Position numbers and translations under genes: made by a program. Shown here one piece after another: positions 61,642-64,000 of a stretch of DNA of 64,000 nt. The notes below the pieces were generated by a model. That model was not told the DNA's origin, did not search any database, and saw only the letters and a list, made by a program, of their open reading frames with translations. This DNA is from Chrysemys picta bellii (taxonomy: Eukaryota). The first letter of the stretch is position 1. The number at the start of each line of letters is the position of its first letter. Location: contig NC_088802.1 of NCBI RefSeq assembly GCF_011386835.1, forward strand, positions 9,238,001 through 9,302,000, read 5' to 3'.

Positions 61642-62324
61642 CAGTGGCGGATTACCCAATGGGCCCATGGGGCCTGTGCCCAGGGGTCCCGGCCAATTGG
61701 GGGGCCCAGAAAAATGGGCACCCCAGCAGAAATCCACTGCAGGGCAGGGGAAGCCTGGAACTCTGGCAGAAGCTGTGGGGTGGGCAGGGGAAGCCCCGGG
61801 GCCCCAGCAGAAGCTAGGGTGACCAGATGTCCCGATTTTATAGGGACAGTCCTGATTTTGGGGTCTTTTTCTTATATAGGCTCCTATTCCCCCCACCCCC
61901 TGTCCCGATTTTTCACACTTGCTGTCTGGTCACCCTAGCAGAAGCACTGGGAGGCCAGGGTGGGCAAAATCCCAGTGCCCCGACCCCAGGCCTTGGCAGA
62001 AGCGCGGGGTGCTGGGGGAAGCCCCAGTACCTGGACCCCAGCTCCGGCCCCGGGACTGGAGAAGCTCTGGCTCCCTGCTGTGGCCTCAGGGCTGGGGGAG
62101 CTCTCGCTCCCTGCTGTGGCCCCCGGGCCCTGGTGCGGGGGGGACAGAGCTTCTCCGGTCTTGGGACTGCAGTGGGGTGGGGGGCAGAAAGGAGCCAACA
62201 GGTTGCGGGGCCGCAGTGGGTGGGTGGGGGGCTGAAAAAGGGGCAGGGGCACAGGCAGAAGGGGTGGGAAGGGGCCCCCCACTTGCTCTGGCCCAGGGCC
62301 CCGGGAAACCTTAATCCATCTCTG
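61642..62324. mobile_element. hAT-like element hosting a nested MITE
   Basis: Imperfect TIR cagtggcggatta/taatccatctctg; TSD cccacagt/cccacagc. Confidence 0.6.
61815..61937. mobile_element. Nested hAT MITE
   Basis: Perfect TIR tagggtgaccag/ctggtcacccta; perfect TSD GCAGAAGC. Confidence 0.92.
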
Positions 62325-63685
62325 CCCACAGCAGAAAATACCCCTGGAGAATGTAGGTGAGCACTGCTTAGAATTAAGATGATGATGCTATTGGGCAGAG
62401 CGGAGGGGTGGGGAGGGGGTGCTAAGAAAACAGGCCTTTATTTTTTGAAGTACAATGTTTGCAACCCTGCCTAGGGCTTGCCTCTGCTTTATTCTTTCCC
62501 AGCCGCCACCAGAGGGCCCTGGCTGTGGGGATGGGAGGGCCCCGCTTTCTGTCTCTCTCCCTTTAATACTATTGAGCTTCCTGGGTCAGACCCATGCGCC
62601 GGGTTGCTGCCTCCTCCATTGTGATCTGGGAGCCTGCACCCAGCAGCGGCTGCTAAGCGGGGAGAGACCTTCAGCCAGGTCCCCCCCTGTGCCCAGCCCG
62701 GGTGGGGACTTTCTCCGGTGCCTGGAACCAGCCCCTGAGCCGGATCCTGCAGGTGATGGGGAGACCTGGGGGAAAGGGCTGGGGCCGGGCAGGAAAGTGA
62801 CTCTGCCCTGGGGGCTGGACCTAGGGGTGCTGCTGCCGCACCCCCTGGCTTGAAGGGGTTCCCATCATATCCAGGGTTTACAGCCCCCCACTGTACAGAT
62901 TGTTCCCACACCCCTGGGACCCGCTGCCCTTGGGGACCATGTCCCCCTTTGCTTCTGCGCTTTTCTAGCATTGGGCTCAGAGACTCTATTACTGGGGGGT
63001 GGTTAGTCCCAGTGGTGGGGCTGGGTTGGCCCTGGGATAAAGTGACCCCGAGTTTTCCCAGCCTGGCAGAGCCGGGGTAGCCAGTTCTACATAGATATTT
63101 TTGGTCAAGGTCCAGATTTCTTGGTCGAGGCGTCATTAAAGTCCAGAGTCCCATTTTTTCACACCACAATCACCAGAGACTGATGAAGGTCTCCTGGGGA
63201 TGCCGGGCCAGAGCATTGTGGGGGGGCGGTGCCAGAACCGTGGCCTGCCCCACCCTTCCACCTGCGGCCCTGCCCACAGCCCCACCCTGTTCGGCCCCTT
63301 CCCCGTGGTCCCGCCCCCCCCCCCACTCGATCTTTACCCCCTCTCCCCGCTGTGGTGCTGAGACCAGAGAAGCTCTTCCCGTTTCGGGGCCGCAGCGGGG
63401 GAAGGTTTTTCCAGGGCCCCCAAATTGGCTGGGGAGGGGGTCGGGATTCCTGTCCCTGGACCCTGCTGAGGGTGCCAGCTCCGTACCAGCCTCTGGCTAG
63501 TGGGTGTGTGATAACCGGGAAGGCCCCTGCTCTCCTCCATCCGCTGGGGGGACAAGGAGCTCCCACCTTCTCCCCACCCTGAAGCTTCCCGGCAGCTCTG
63601 CGCAGGGTGAGGGTGGGATTCTGTTACTCAGTGCCCCCCCCCAACCCCCTAGAGCTTCCATTTTATCGTCCTTCCTCCCCCATGA

Positions 63686-63961
<276 letters not shown>

Positions 63962-64000
63962 TGATCCATTAAATTTCGGGGGACTGGGTCCCATAATCCC

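Overview
GC-rich vertebrate genomic DNA, most likely turtle (inferred from a tRNA-derived SINE with a CR1 3' tail and the repeat complement). The first ~32 kb is a tandem triplication of an ~11 kb cassette, each copy carrying one family-2-like olfactory receptor (OR) gene. Copies A and C are open; copy B is truncated by an ~490 bp deletion that removes TM7. None of the three OR exons has an in-frame ATG upstream of its N-glycosylation site. In all three the start appears to come from a 6-nt coding stub (ATG GAG|gtgagt) 2.3-2.8 kb upstream, spliced in phase 0 onto a cag|GAG GAA acceptor, which gives 316-aa receptors in copies A and C. Both intact copies have NSxxY instead of NPxxY in TM7. After the cassettes come a CpG-island promoter (~33.5-33.9 kb), ~20 kb of repeat-rich probable intron containing a minisatellite of CTCF-like motifs, and the single-exon MGAT1 CDS (53900-55261) with a short upstream ORF and a probable polyA signal near 57960. 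A 127-nt KRAB-A exon of a zinc-finger gene lies at the window end. Many hAT and TcMar MITEs with clear target-site duplications (TSDs), CR1 and SINE fragments, Penelope-like palindromes and minisatellites are present. No CRISPR array, rRNA or true tRNA gene is supported.
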